This document shows positions 1-10,363 of a stretch of 64,000 bases of DNA, one piece after another (within the stretch, counting starts at the first letter, position 1; each line of letters starts with the position of its first letter). Under the pieces are notes generated by a model. The model did no database searches and had not been told where the DNA came from. It worked only from the letters and a program-made list of their open reading frames with translations. The translations under genes were made by a program, and so were the position numbers. The DNA is taken from assembly GCA_009602735.1 (NCBI GenBank), contig WELA01001485.1:62001-126000 (forward strand), read 5' to 3'. This stretch comes from Mesotaenium endlicherianum. Its lineage: Eukaryota.

Positions 1-1
1 T

Positions 2-1924
2 GCCCGCGAAATATTCGACAACGATTACGACGGAGACAATCCTTTCATTGAACTGGGCTTCTGGCCTGGTGGCGACAGGGATGGGAATCCCTTTGTCAAT
101 GCTGCTACTACTATCAAAGTAGCGGAGGCACTGAGAAGCGCTATCATCGTATGTTATTACCGGGATATCCGCAAACTCAAGCGCCGCCTCACTTTCTCGG
201 GTGTAGACCAGATGGTGCACGAACTGGAGGAACAACTATATGCAAACGTTTTCCGTCCAACCGATTGCTGTCATATCGGCAAAGATGAGCTCCTTCATAA
301 GCTTTACGATATACGCAACCTGATGGTATCGCAGCACCATTCCCTGTTCCTGCAAAGAGTTGATAGCCTGATACACAAAGTGAAGATATTCGGTATGCAT
401 TTCGCTTCACTCGACGTGAGGCAGGACAGTCGTATACACAGGCATGTGTTGCTGCAGATCAACAAAGAATTAAAAGAAAAATCTTTACACCCCGTACTGC
501 CCGACAATTACGAAACGCTCAGCCCCACTGCACAAATTGCGGTGCTGGCCGATCTGCACGGCAACATCGATCCTGCGCTCTTCAAGGATACCATTACCAG
601 GGATACCCTTGAAAGCATGTATGCCATCAACCACATACAACAGTTAAACGGAGAAGCCGGCTGTCATCGTTACATCATCAGCAATTGCCAGAGCGCGGTA
701 AATGTGATGGAAGTATATGCCCTGCTCCGTTTATGCGGATGGAGCAAGGAATTGCTCAGCATCGACATTGTTCCTTTGTTTGAGACCATCGACGACCTGC
801 AGCATGCAGAATCGATCATGGAGTTGCTTTATACACTTCCCATCTACAAGCAACACCTGCACCTGCGTAAGCAACAGCAAACCATAATGCTCGGCTTCAG
901 CGATGGCACCAAAGACGGTGGATACCTGCAGGCCAACTGGAGCATTTATACGGCCAAAGAAAACCTTACTGCTATTTCGCGCAAATACAATATTAAAGCC
1001 CGCTTCTTCGATGGCCGCGGAGGCCCCCCTTCCCGCGGCGGAGGTAAAACGAATAAGTTTTATGCTTCACTCGGCAGCAATATTGAGAACGAGGAAATAC
1101 AGATTACTGTACAGGGACAAACCATTACGTCCAATTTCGGCACCATACAATCATCGCAGTATAACCTGGAGCAATTACTGAGCGCCGGGGCCAGCAATGA
1201 ATTGTTTGCCGAAACACGCATACAGATATCGCAGCACGACCGTTTCATGCTGGAAGAACTGGGCAGGATCAGTCACGAAGCATACCAGTCGTTCAAAACA
1301 CATCCACTGTTTCTCTCTTACCTGCAACGGTTCAGTCCGCTGAATTATTACAGCAAAAGCAATATCGCCAGCCGCCCTTCCAAAAGGGGTAACGGTGGAA
1401 GTTTGAAATTCGAGGACCTCCGCGCCGTTCCATTTGTAGGAAGCTGGAGCCAGCTCAAACAAAACGTACCGGGCTTTTACGGTGTAGGCACTGCTTTGCA
1501 GGAAATGAAGAATAAAGGTTTGTGGAATGATGTGAAAGCGATGTTCCGCAATGTGCTTTTCTTCCGCACATTGATCGACAACAGCATGATGAGTATGCTG
1601 AAATCTTATTTTGCCTTAACGCAATACATCAAAGAAGATCCGCAGTACGGGCCCATCTGGCAACTCATCAAAGACGAGTTCGATCTCACTCGGAGGCTCG
1701 TATTACAACTGGCCGATGCGGCCGACCTGATGGCCGATGACCAGCCGGGCCGCGCTTCCATCCAGATGCGTGATAAGATTGTATTACCCTTGCTTACTAT
1801 CCAGCAGTATGCGCTACATCAACTGAATCAGCCCGAGACCAACGAGCAACTGAAAGTGGTGTATGAGAAACTGGTTACCAGGAGTATGTTCGGAATTATT
1901 AATGCTGCAAGAAACTCAGCATAA
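2..1924 (+). CDS. ppc: Phosphoenolpyruvate carboxylase (5'-truncated by the window edge)
   Basis: The frame of ORF 212..1924 stays open back to base 2 and includes WPGGDRDGNP. Also present: LDVRQDS, VPLFETIDDL, MLGFSDGTKDGG, GRGGPPSRGG, LRAVPFVGSWSQ and a C-terminal RNSA. Confidence 0.96.
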   Translation, partial: AREIFDNDYDGDNPFIELGFWPGGDRDGNPFVNAATTIKVAEALRSAIIVCYYRDIRKLKRRLTFSGVDQMVHELEEQLYANVFRPTDCCHIGKDELLHKLYDIRNLMVSQHHSLFLQRVDSLIHKVKIFGMHFASLDVRQDSRIHRHVLLQINKELKEKSLHPVLPDNYETLSPTAQIAVLADLHGNIDPALFKDTITRDTLESMYAINHIQQLNGEAGCHRYIISNCQSAVNVMEVYALLRLCGWSKELLSIDIVPLFETIDDLQHAESIMELLYTLPIYKQHLHLRKQQQTIMLGFSDGTKDGGYLQANWSIYTAKENLTAISRKYNIKARFFDGRGGPPSRGGGKTNKFYASLGSNIENEEIQITVQGQTITSNFGTIQSSQYNLEQLLSAGASNELFAETRIQISQHDRFMLEELGRISHEAYQSFKTHPLFLSYLQRFSPLNYYSKSNIASRPSKRGNGGSLKFEDLRAVPFVGSWSQLKQNVPGFYGVGTALQEMKNKGLWNDVKAMFRNVLFFRTLIDNSMMSMLKSYFALTQYIKEDPQYGPIWQLIKDEFDLTRRLVLQLADAADLMADDQPGRASIQMRDKIVLPLLTIQQYALHQLNQPETNEQLKVVYEKLVTRSMFGIINAARNSA

Positions 1925-1931
1925 TTTATCG

Positions 1932-2023
1932 CCGTCATCCCGAGCGTAGCCGAGGGACCTTTTAGAATTTTCAACAAAACTTCATGAGATCCCTCGACTC
2001 GCTTCGCTCGCTCGGGATGACGG
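1932..2023. repeat. REP-like palindromic element between convergent genes
   Basis: Perfect 15-bp inverted repeat CCGTCATCCCGAGCG (1932-1946) / CGCTCGGGATGACGG (2009-2023), with imperfect inner arms AGCCGAGGGACCT / AGATCCCTCGACT. Confidence 0.8.
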
Positions 2024-2030
2024 GCTATTA

Positions 2031-2624
2031 TTATTGGTCCTTCCATGCCCATAAATGCAAGCATGCGTAGGTCCTGTATGGTGTCCATTTCGAAGATAGG
2101 CGGAGCATTTTTTCTTTCATCGCTTTTTTATCAGTGGCATCCAGTTTGTATATATGGGTCATAGCCTGTTGAATACCCAGGTCGTCCACAGCGAAAACAT
2201 CTTCACGTCCCAGCGTAAACATGAGCAGCATTTCAACCGTCCACTTCCCCACGCCTTTGATAGCGGTCAACAGCTCTATGATCTCTTCGTTGTTCATAGC
2301 CAGCAGTTTCTTATCGGTGATCTGATGGTCGATGCAAAAGCGCGCTACATTTTGTACATAAGATACCTTGGCATTGCTTAGTCCTATAGCACGCAGCTTT
2401 TCCGGTGGTGTATCCAGTACCTGTTGCGGATTGGGCTCTTTTCCGTTGTACAATTCCAGGAAACGATGGTAAATAACCCTGGCTACTTTGGTACTCAGTT
2501 GTTGGCTCATGATACTGGCCATTAGTCTCAGCGGAATATTCTTGTGCAGTTTCAACTCATGCACTTCCTCACCTATGGCCTTTGCCAGCTTTTTGTCTTT
2601 TTGCAGATGTTTGATATACTCCAT
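2031..2624 (-). CDS. DNA-3-methyladenine glycosylase II family (HhH-GPD, AlkA-like)
   Basis: SIMSQQLS, GLSNAK, HhH motif IKGVGKWTVEM, FAVDDLG, WTPYRTYACLHLW. Confidence 0.9.
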   Translation of the reverse strand: MEYIKHLQKDKKLAKAIGEEVHELKLHKNIPLRLMASIMSQQLSTKVARVIYHRFLELYNGKEPNPQQVLDTPPEKLRAIGLSNAKVSYVQNVARFCIDHQITDKKLLAMNNEEIIELLTAIKGVGKWTVEMLLMFTLGREDVFAVDDLGIQQAMTHIYKLDATDKKAMKEKMLRLSSKWTPYRTYACLHLWAWKDQ

Positions 2625-2652
2625 GCGGTTAAGTTAGCTAATTTGCAAGGCC

Positions 2653-3321
2653 ATGCAAAGGGAAATTAGATTAACGGCAGATGGTTCGCATACAGTTGCC
2701 ATACCGGCGATGGATGTAAGCTATCATAGTAAACACGGTGCAGTAAGTGAAAGCATGCAAGTATATATTGAAGCCGGACTGCTTACCTGTATGAACGGTT
2801 TTGCCAGTGACCCTGTTTGCATATTTGAGATGGGGTTTGGTACAGGGTTGAATGCTTTACTCAGCTTGCGCGAAGCGATCAACCAGCGAAGAAATATTTT
2901 TTACCTGGCCATTGAACGATATCCCTTAACTACTACGGAAGCTGCGTTATTGAATTACGGGAGGATCACCGGCCTTGAAGATGCTTTTCAATTCTTGCAT
3001 ACAGCAGCATGGGAGAAACCAGTTTCTATAAATCCCTCTTTCACACTCCATAAAACACAGGCGGCATTGCAGGATTTCACTACAGGCTATTCTTTTCACT
3101 GCATTTATTTCGATGCTTTTGCGCCTGAAACGCAACCTGAACTATGGACAACAGGCATCTTTTCACAATTATTTCCCCTGCTCCTGCCAGGAGGATGCCT
3201 CGTTACTTATTCCAGTAAGAGCATCGTAAGAAAAGCCATGACAGCAGCGGGCTTCAGGGTGGAAAAGATTCCGGGTCCGCACGGCAAAAGGGAAATGGTA
3301 AGAGCATGGAAACCGCAATAA
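2653..3321 (+). CDS. mnmD: tRNA mnm5s2U34 methyltransferase (stand-alone MnmC methyltransferase domain)
   Basis: TADGSHT, YHSKHGA, EMGFGTGLN (SAM binding), YFDAFAP..QPELW, GKREM. Confidence 0.88.
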   Translation: MQREIRLTADGSHTVAIPAMDVSYHSKHGAVSESMQVYIEAGLLTCMNGFASDPVCIFEMGFGTGLNALLSLREAINQRRNIFYLAIERYPLTTTEAALLNYGRITGLEDAFQFLHTAAWEKPVSINPSFTLHKTQAALQDFTTGYSFHCIYFDAFAPETQPELWTTGIFSQLFPLLLPGGCLVTYSSKSIVRKAMTAAGFRVEKIPGPHGKREMVRAWKPQ

Positions 3322-3356
3322 TTGTTATATTCAATGATCATCTTTAAACGTATTAC

Positions 3357-3779
3357 ATGAAATACTTTGTCTTCATAACCGTCTTTCTATTCCAACAGCC
3401 TCTGTATGCCCAACACAAAGACGAGCAGGCTATCCGTCAAATACTGACCGATCAAACAACCGAATGGAACAAAGGAAATCTGGAAGCCTTTATGAAAGGC
3501 TATTGGAAAAATGATAGTTTATTGTTCGTAGGCAAAACCGGTCCGCGTTACGGGTTCCAGACAACACTGGATAATTACCACAAAGGATATCCCGATACTG
3601 CTGCGATGGGCAAATTAAGCTTCAACATCATACAGGTGAAGCGGCTTTCTCCGGACTATTATTTTGTATTGGGGAAATGGATGCTCAAAAGAAGTATGGG
3701 CGACCTGAGCGGACATTACACGCTTTTATTCAGAAAAATAGCCGGCCAGTGGAAGATAGTAGTAGACCACAGCAGCTAA
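3357..3779 (+). CDS. Secreted NTF2/SnoaL-like (DUF4440/YybH-type) protein
   Basis: Signal peptide ending YAQ, WNKGNLEAFMKGYW, C-terminal GQWKIVVDHSS. Confidence 0.8.
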   Translation: MKYFVFITVFLFQQPLYAQHKDEQAIRQILTDQTTEWNKGNLEAFMKGYWKNDSLLFVGKTGPRYGFQTTLDNYHKGYPDTAAMGKLSFNIIQVKRLSPDYYFVLGKWMLKRSMGDLSGHYTLLFRKIAGQWKIVVDHSS

Positions 3780-3782
3780 ACC

Positions 3783-4019
3783 TCATTCATCATCTTCCTG
3801 CTTCAGCGGCTTGCGCCATAACCATACAATATACCATATAAAAGCGCCCAGGCTCAATAAGAACCATGTATAAAAAAGCAGGTTTTTGAGCTGCATGCGT
3901 TCATGTATGAAGGCCAGATCGTACATGATGCCGGCTGTGGAATTAACGGCAAGCCAAAGCAAACTCACTGAAAGGGTGTTCAGAATGCGTATCAGGTATC
4001 GTTTTACGATGGGTTCCAT
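3783..4019 (-). CDS. Small two-TM hypothetical membrane protein
   Basis: 78 aa with two hydrophobic segments. Starts 11 bp after the M23 gene on the same strand. Confidence 0.7.
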   Translation of the reverse strand: MEPIVKRYLIRILNTLSVSLLWLAVNSTAGIMYDLAFIHERMQLKNLLFYTWFLLSLGAFIWYIVWLWRKPLKQEDDE

Positions 4020-4030
4020 GCCAACTGGCT

Positions 4031-5002
4031 TTAATCAAAGCTTTGATTGCTGGCTGCTGCCATTTTAAGTATCCTGTCGAATTGTGCCGGTGTAAGATCG
4101 TTGTAGAAATAATAAATGGGATCCACCGGAATGCCATTCTTATGTACTTCATAATGGCAATGCGGTCCGGTGCTCTTGCCCGTATTGCCCACATAGCCGA
4201 TCACTTCGCCCCGCTTCACCGATTGTCCCACCCTTGCTTTGATACGATACATGTGTCCATATAAAGTTTCATAGCCGTAACCATGACCAATCACCACACG
4301 GTTACCATACCCACCGGTATTGAATCCCGCGTCCTTCACCACTCCATCGGCCGTAGCATAAATGGGCGTTCCCTGCGGTGCCGAAAAATCGAGGCCCATA
4401 TGCGCCCGCCGCTCTTTGTACACAGGGTCTATACGATAACCGAAACCAGAGGCAATGCGGTTGAGGTTTTTATTACTTACCGGCTGGATAGCAGGAATGG
4501 ACGCCAGCAGCTTTTCCTTATTCTTCACCATATTGGCGATCTCATTGAAGGATTTCTCCTGGTAAGCGATGCGCAGGGCCAGGTTGTTCAGTTGGCCGGT
4601 CATGCTTTTGATGAGTTCTGTCTCACCCATCGCCTGCACCAGTGTTACCTCCTTACTCTTTTCCATTTCACGTATGCGCGCACTGTCGGGAATAGGTTTG
4701 GCTTCGAAAATGGAACGGTAAACCGTATTGTCGCGGTTCTCTATTTCGTCCATCTGCAATTCGAGCTGCTTCAGGCGTTCCTGGAAAATGCTGTAATTCT
4801 GGGTAAGGTCTTCATATTGCTGGCGCAACAGTTTTTCCTTGGGAGAATCGATATAACGGAAAGTAATGGCCACGATGATCATGCCGGTAACCGCCGAAGC
4901 CATCAGGAAGCCCATCACGCGCAACAGGCGAACACGCAGGGGTGTTTCCAGTTTCTCATACCGGAGCGTATGGGTATTATAATAATATTTTATTTTCTTC
5001 AT
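4031..5002 (-). CDS. M23 family metallopeptidase
   Basis: N-terminal TM and coiled coil, HMGLDF (HxxxD), YGHM, STGPHCHYEV (HxH). Confidence 0.93.
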   Translation of the reverse strand: MKKIKYYYNTHTLRYEKLETPLRVRLLRVMGFLMASAVTGMIIVAITFRYIDSPKEKLLRQQYEDLTQNYSIFQERLKQLELQMDEIENRDNTVYRSIFEAKPIPDSARIREMEKSKEVTLVQAMGETELIKSMTGQLNNLALRIAYQEKSFNEIANMVKNKEKLLASIPAIQPVSNKNLNRIASGFGYRIDPVYKERRAHMGLDFSAPQGTPIYATADGVVKDAGFNTGGYGNRVVIGHGYGYETLYGHMYRIKARVGQSVKRGEVIGYVGNTGKSTGPHCHYEVHKNGIPVDPIYYFYNDLTPAQFDRILKMAAASNQSFD

Positions 5003-5037
5003 CGGGGGGTGCTACTTCCAAAGAGACGCCAAATCCC

Positions 5038-5045
5038 TACCTTTG
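5038..5045 (+). promoter_or_regulatory. Bacteroidota -7 promoter element for alaS
   Basis: TACCTTTG matches TAnnTTTG and lies ~70 bp before the alaS start. Confidence 0.5.
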
Positions 5046-5113
5046 ATGCCCTTGAAAAGCTTCCAAAGATAGTTTCTAACCGCATAAATGCCTTTATAAA
5101 AATTTTTGCCCAG

Positions 5114-7744
5114 ATGATGACCAGTGCCGAGATCAGACAGCAATTCCTTGATTTTTTTGCTTCCAAACAGCACCAGATCGTTCCTTCTGCCCCTATCGTG
5201 GTGAAAAATGATCCCACACTTTTGTTCACCAATGCGGGGATGAACCAGTTCAAAGATTTTTTCCTGGGAAACAAAAAACCGGTAAGCCCTCGTGTGGCCG
5301 ATACCCAAAAATGTCTCCGGGTAAGTGGCAAACACAACGATCTCGAAGAAGTGGGTGTGGACACTTATCACCATACCATGTTTGAAATGCTGGGTAATTG
5401 GAGTTTTGGCGATTATTTCAAGAAAGAAGCCATTGCCTGGAGTTGGGAACTGCTTACCGAAATATACAAGATCGATAAAGACCGTTTATATGTAACCGTT
5501 TTTGAAGGCGATGCACAGGAAGGATTGCCGAAAGACGATGAAGCTTTTGCAGAATGGGAAAAACACATAGCACCCGAACGAATTTTGCTGGGCAATAAAA
5601 AAGACAATTTTTGGGAGATGGGTGATACCGGTCCTTGCGGTCCTTGCTCAGAGATACATGTAGACTGCCGTTCGGATGAAGACAGAAAAGCAGTAGCCGG
5701 TAGTACGCTGGTGAACAAAGACCATCCGCAAGTGATTGAGATATGGAACAATGTATTCATGCAGTTCAACCGCCTGAAAGATGGCAGCCTGCAACCCTTG
5801 CCTGCCAAGCATGTAGATACGGGCATGGGCTTTGAAAGACTCGTGAGGGTATTACAACAGAAACAAAGCAATTACGATACCGATGTATTCACCGGTACCA
5901 TCGCCGCTACTGAAAAGATCACGGGGCAACAGTATCATTTTGGCGATGATAAAAAAGACATTGCTTTCCGCGTGCTGGCCGATCATGTCCGCGCCATCGC
6001 TTTCACCATTGCCGATGGACAGCTGCCATCCAATACCGGCGCTGGTTATGTGATTCGCCGCATCCTCCGGCGAGCTGTTCGATATTATTATTCATACCTG
6101 CATTATAAGCAGCCGCTTTTGTTTCAACTGATTCCAGTTCTTGCCAAACAATTTGCTACCGTATTCCCCGAATTGCAACAGCAGGTTGAGTTCATTGGTA
6201 AAGTGGTGAAGGAAGAAGAAGAAGCATTCCTTCGCACATTGGAAAAAGGATTGAAGCGGATAGATGACATCATTGGTAATGCCAACCTCAACAAGACCAA
6301 ATCCATCGAAGGAAAAGCGGCATTCGAATTGTTCGATACATTCGGCTTTCCTGTTGATCTTACACGCCTCATTGCTTTTGAAAATAACCTGGGGGTTGAC
6401 GAAGCGGGCTTTGAAGCAGAAATGCAGCAACAGAAAAACCGTAGTCGCGCTGCAACGGCAGTAGATACCGAAGATTGGGTGATACTGCACGAAGATGCGC
6501 TTTCAGAATTCGTAGGATACGATTCATTGGAAATACGCAGCCGGCTGATCCGCTACCGAAAGGTCAAAGCAAAGGGAAAAGAGCTGGTACAACTGGTATT
6601 AGAAGCCACCCCTTTTTATGCAGAGAGCGGCGGACAGGTAGGTGATACCGGCGTGCTTGATTTCGAAGGCGAGCGGATTGAAGTGATCGATACCAAAAAA
6701 GAGAATAACCTTACCATCCATCTTACAGAAAAATTACCTGGCAATACACAGGCTTCGGTGATCGCTAGTGTAAACAGGCCCAAGCGCCATGCCACCACTA
6801 TTCATCACAGCGCTACGCACTTGCTGCATGCGGCGCTTAGATCGGTATTGGGTACACATGTAGCTCAAAAAGGAAGCCTGGTGAATGAAGAAGGACTGCG
6901 ATTCGACTTCTCTCATTTTACCAAACTGAGCGAAGAAGAAATCATCCACATTGAGAGGTTGGTGAATGAAAAGATCAGGGCCAATATTCCTGTTCATATC
7001 AAAGAAATGAATAAGGATGAAGCGATTGCTATGGGCGCAATGGCCTTATTCGGTGAGAAATATGGCGATTCTGTGCGTGTAGTGATCATAGATCCTGCTT
7101 ATTCTGTTGAACTCTGCGGAGGTACACATGTGGGCAACACCGGAGAATTGGGTTTTTTTAAAATAAAACACGAATCTGCGGTGGCAGCCGGCGTTCGGCG
7201 CATAGAAGCCTTGAGCGGAGTAGCCGCAGAGCAACTGGTGTTGGAACAATTTGAGCAACTGCGCCAGGTAAGGGAATCATTGAAACATCCCAAAGAGCTG
7301 CTCAAAGCAGTAGACGCACTGGTAAGCGATAACAATGAATTGCGCAAACAGGTCGAGAGCCTGGAAGCCAAACAACTGATCGTGATTAAACAGGAATTAC
7401 TGAAGCAGGTGGAATCAGTGAATGGCAACACTTTCCTCGGTGCAATCGTAGAAGTGAGTAATGCAGACGGTCTCAAAAAATTATGCTTCGAACTGAAAAA
7501 AGAACTGAACAACTACCTCGTAGTGCTGGCTGCCAATATTGATGGTAAAGCACAGGTGGCCATACTTATTGATGAATCATTGAGTACTGCACGCGGACTC
7601 GAAGCGCCAAAAATTATCAAAGAACAGGTGGCCCCGCTGATCAAGGGCGGTGGCGGCGGGCAGAAAACATTGGCCACTGCAGGCGGCCAGGATGCAGGTA
7701 ATCTTTTACAGGTTATTGCAAAAGTCAAGGCGCTTATTGAATAA
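5114..7744 (+). CDS. alaS: Alanine--tRNA ligase
   Basis: The likely start is MMTSAEIRQQFLDFF at 5114 (876 aa). Motifs: LLFTNAGMNQFK, HHTMFEMLGNWSFGDYFK, HSATHLLH, ELCGGTH, GGGG near the C-terminus. Confidence 0.97.
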   Translation: MMTSAEIRQQFLDFFASKQHQIVPSAPIVVKNDPTLLFTNAGMNQFKDFFLGNKKPVSPRVADTQKCLRVSGKHNDLEEVGVDTYHHTMFEMLGNWSFGDYFKKEAIAWSWELLTEIYKIDKDRLYVTVFEGDAQEGLPKDDEAFAEWEKHIAPERILLGNKKDNFWEMGDTGPCGPCSEIHVDCRSDEDRKAVAGSTLVNKDHPQVIEIWNNVFMQFNRLKDGSLQPLPAKHVDTGMGFERLVRVLQQKQSNYDTDVFTGTIAATEKITGQQYHFGDDKKDIAFRVLADHVRAIAFTIADGQLPSNTGAGYVIRRILRRAVRYYYSYLHYKQPLLFQLIPVLAKQFATVFPELQQQVEFIGKVVKEEEEAFLRTLEKGLKRIDDIIGNANLNKTKSIEGKAAFELFDTFGFPVDLTRLIAFENNLGVDEAGFEAEMQQQKNRSRAATAVDTEDWVILHEDALSEFVGYDSLEIRSRLIRYRKVKAKGKELVQLVLEATPFYAESGGQVGDTGVLDFEGERIEVIDTKKENNLTIHLTEKLPGNTQASVIASVNRPKRHATTIHHSATHLLHAALRSVLGTHVAQKGSLVNEEGLRFDFSHFTKLSEEEIIHIERLVNEKIRANIPVHIKEMNKDEAIAMGAMALFGEKYGDSVRVVIIDPAYSVELCGGTHVGNTGELGFFKIKHESAVAAGVRRIEALSGVAAEQLVLEQFEQLRQVRESLKHPKELLKAVDALVSDNNELRKQVESLEAKQLIVIKQELLKQVESVNGNTFLGAIVEVSNADGLKKLCFELKKELNNYLVVLAANIDGKAQVAILIDESLSTARGLEAPKIIKEQVAPLIKGGGGGQKTLATAGGQDAGNLLQVIAKVKALIE

Positions 7745-7869
7745 AGTGCCTTTCTTAACCATCTGCAAGGATCCTTTAACCTTATTTAACATCTCCGAAG
7801 GTATTCGTATGTGGCAAAAAGCGGTAAATTTGATCTACTAATGATTTCGTATAATTAAAATCATCTTTT

Positions 7870-8838
7870 ATGTATTTCAAATGTATTACAGCTTCTGTGC
7901 TGGCATTGTGCATAGCGGGCTCAGTTGCAGCCCAGGAAACACTTCCTCCTCCTGTTCCGGATAAGAAGTTCAAAAAAGAGGAAGACATCATCATTCGTAG
8001 AAAAGGTGACCGTGATGAAAAGACAACCATTGTAATGGATGGCGATAAGATCACCGTCAATGGAAAAGACATTGATGAACTGCACGATTCCGATTTGCAG
8101 GTATTGAGAGGTCCCGACGGATTGGCCATGGCAGGGCCACGGATCAGGATGAAAGGACCCTGGGTTACAGTGCCAGACCATGATTTCAATTTTTCTTTCA
8201 GCTCCAACCGTGCATTCCTGGGAGTGATGAGTGAAAAAAATGAAAAAGGCGCCAGGATCATCGAAGTAACCAAAGAAAGTCCTGCTGCCAAAGCCGGCCT
8301 GCAAAAAGGCGATATCATCACCAAAGTGGGCGATAGCAAGATCGAAGGACCTGATGATCTCTATGCCGCGATCGGAAAACACAAGCCGGAAGAAAAGGTG
8401 AACATCAGCTATCTGCGCGATGGCAATGAAAAGAACACTTCCACTGCACTGGGAAAAAATAAAGAAAACCGGGTATTCAATTTCAGAAGAGATGAAATTG
8501 GTCCTCATTTCAAGTCTGATATGATGCCCCATATTCAATTCGATGGTATGCCTTTTATGCGCCCCAGATTGGGTTTGCAAGTGCAGGACCTCGACAACAG
8601 CAAAGGAGTGAAAGTGATGGATGTGCATGAAGACGCCCCTGCTGCCAAAGCGGGTCTGCAAAAAGGCGATATCGTTACCGCCATCGATGGCAAAGAAGTA
8701 AAATCAGTAGAAACCCTTCGGGAAAAACTGCGCGATTTGAAAGAGGGCGATAGTGTAAAACTTACTTATGAGCGGAATGGCAAGACGCAGACCGCTGAAG
8801 TAAAGTTCCCTAAAAAGCTGAAAACAGCCGATTTATAA
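7870..8838 (+). CDS. Secreted tandem PDZ-domain protein
   Basis: Signal peptide (AAQ) and two PDZ domains (AFLGV..SPAAKAGLQKGDII; PRLGL..APAAKAGLQKGDIV). No protease domain seen. Confidence 0.85.
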   Translation: MYFKCITASVLALCIAGSVAAQETLPPPVPDKKFKKEEDIIIRRKGDRDEKTTIVMDGDKITVNGKDIDELHDSDLQVLRGPDGLAMAGPRIRMKGPWVTVPDHDFNFSFSSNRAFLGVMSEKNEKGARIIEVTKESPAAKAGLQKGDIITKVGDSKIEGPDDLYAAIGKHKPEEKVNISYLRDGNEKNTSTALGKNKENRVFNFRRDEIGPHFKSDMMPHIQFDGMPFMRPRLGLQVQDLDNSKGVKVMDVHEDAPAAKAGLQKGDIVTAIDGKEVKSVETLREKLRDLKEGDSVKLTYERNGKTQTAEVKFPKKLKTADL

Positions 8839-8878
8839 AGATATCATAAAATAACTTTATTTCCCATGTTGCATTGTG

Positions 8879-8904
8879 CCGCGCCATTCCAGGCGCGGTT
8901 TTTT
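8879..8904 (+). terminator. Intrinsic terminator after the PDZ gene
   Basis: Stem CCGCGCC / GGCGCGG with loop ATTCCA, followed by TTTTTT. Confidence 0.7.
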
Positions 8905-8920
8905 GTTATTTTTGCGCCCG

Positions 8921-10363
8921 ATGTCAGTCCATTCCAAATACGAAGCAGTCATAGGCCTCGAAGTGCATGCCCAATTGGCAACAGTGAGCAAGCTTTTTTG
9001 CGGAGATAGCATTGCCTTTGGTGCAGCGCCTAACACACATGTGAGTCCTATTACCCTTGGCCATCCCGGCACCCTGCCCAAGACCAACCGCAAAGCGGTA
9101 GAGTATGCCATTAAAATGGGACTTGCCTGTCATTGTGAAATTGAACGCGACAATTATTTTGCCCGGAAGAATTATTTTTATCCCGATCTGCCCAAAGGAT
9201 ACCAGATATCCCAACATACCACACCTATTTGTAAAGGCGGTCATGTAATCATCAAAACAACAGCAGGAGAAAGGGCCGTCCGCCTCAACCGCATTCACAT
9301 GGAAGAGGATGCCGGCAAAAGTATTCATGATATCGACGACAAGTATACCTGTATCGACCTCAACCGGGCCGGTACTCCGTTGATAGAGATCGTTACCGAA
9401 CCCGATATCCATACTGCTGAAGAAGCCTGGCTTTATGTAACTGAAATACGAAAATTGGTTCGCTGGCTGGGTATATGCGATGGCAATATGGAAGAAGGAA
9501 GTCTGCGTTGTGATGCCAACGTTTCCATCCGCCTGAAAGGCGAGACCAAACTGGGTACCAAGGCCGAGGTGAAGAACCTGAACTCTATCCGCAATGTGAA
9601 AAAAGCCATCGAGTTTGAAATACAACGCATGATCGATATTGTAGAAGCCGGTGGAACCATTCAGCAACAGACACGCAGTTTTGATGCAGGCAATGACACC
9701 ACATTTGCTATCCGCGACAAAGAGGAAGCGAATGATTACCGTTATTTTCCCGATCCCGATCTGCCTCCCTTCCATCTCAGCGAAACATTCATCAACGGCA
9801 TTCAGGCAGCATTGCCTGCACTACCCGCACAGTTGTTTGCCCGATACCAGGAGGTTTACCAGTTGAGTGAATATGATGCCGGTCAATTGTGCGATGACAA
9901 AGCCACGGCTGATTATTTCGAAGCAACGGCACAACACTGCAGCAACTACAAAGCCATTGCCAACTGGATGCTGGGCCCACTCAGGCAGGTATTGAATGAA
10001 ACCGGCATGGGCTTTGAAACGCTCAGCCTGCTACCTGCTACACTGGCCAGCCTGATTCAACTGGTAGATGAAGGAAAACTGAGTTTTTCTGTGGCTTCTT
10101 CTAAAATATTGCCTGCTGTAATGCTCACCAATGCGTCACCCTTGCAGACAGCCGAGTCGATGAACCTGTTGCAGGTAAGCGATACAAACGAACTCGATGC
10201 ATGGGTGCAACAAGCACTGGAAAAAATGCCGGAAAAAGTAACGGAATACAAAAAAGGTAAAAAAGGGTTGATCGGTTTATTTGTAGGCGAAGTAAAAAAA
10301 ATCAGCAAAGGGAAAGCCGATCCGAAATTGGTTACGCAGTTACTCGAAGAAAAACTTAAATGA
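8921..10363 (+). CDS. gatB: Asp-tRNA(Asn)/Glu-tRNA(Gln) amidotransferase subunit B
   Basis: ATG at 8921 (MSVHSKYEAVIGLEVHAQL). Motifs RKNYFYPDLPKGYQISQ, HMEEDAGK, DLNRAGTPLIEIVTEPD, RCDANVS, YRYFPDPDL. Confidence 0.97.
   Translation: MSVHSKYEAVIGLEVHAQLATVSKLFCGDSIAFGAAPNTHVSPITLGHPGTLPKTNRKAVEYAIKMGLACHCEIERDNYFARKNYFYPDLPKGYQISQHTTPICKGGHVIIKTTAGERAVRLNRIHMEEDAGKSIHDIDDKYTCIDLNRAGTPLIEIVTEPDIHTAEEAWLYVTEIRKLVRWLGICDGNMEEGSLRCDANVSIRLKGETKLGTKAEVKNLNSIRNVKKAIEFEIQRMIDIVEAGGTIQQQTRSFDAGNDTTFAIRDKEEANDYRYFPDPDLPPFHLSETFINGIQAALPALPAQLFARYQEVYQLSEYDAGQLCDDKATADYFEATAQHCSNYKAIANWMLGPLRQVLNETGMGFETLSLLPATLASLIQLVDEGKLSFSVASSKILPAVMLTNASPLQTAESMNLLQVSDTNELDAWVQQALEKMPEKVTEYKKGKKGLIGLFVGEVKKISKGKADPKLVTQLLEEKLK

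Noticed and set aside
1828..2088. 86-aa ORF containing RHPERAKRVEGS
   Set aside because: It is the translation of the palindromic element and overlaps two real genes.
4283..5113. 277-aa N-terminal extension of the alaS ORF
   Set aside because: It is mostly the antisense shadow of the M23 gene. AlaRS homology and a -7 promoter element point to a start at 5114.
8921..10363. gatB without gatA/gatC
   Set aside because: Dispersed gat genes are ordinary, and only this window is visible.
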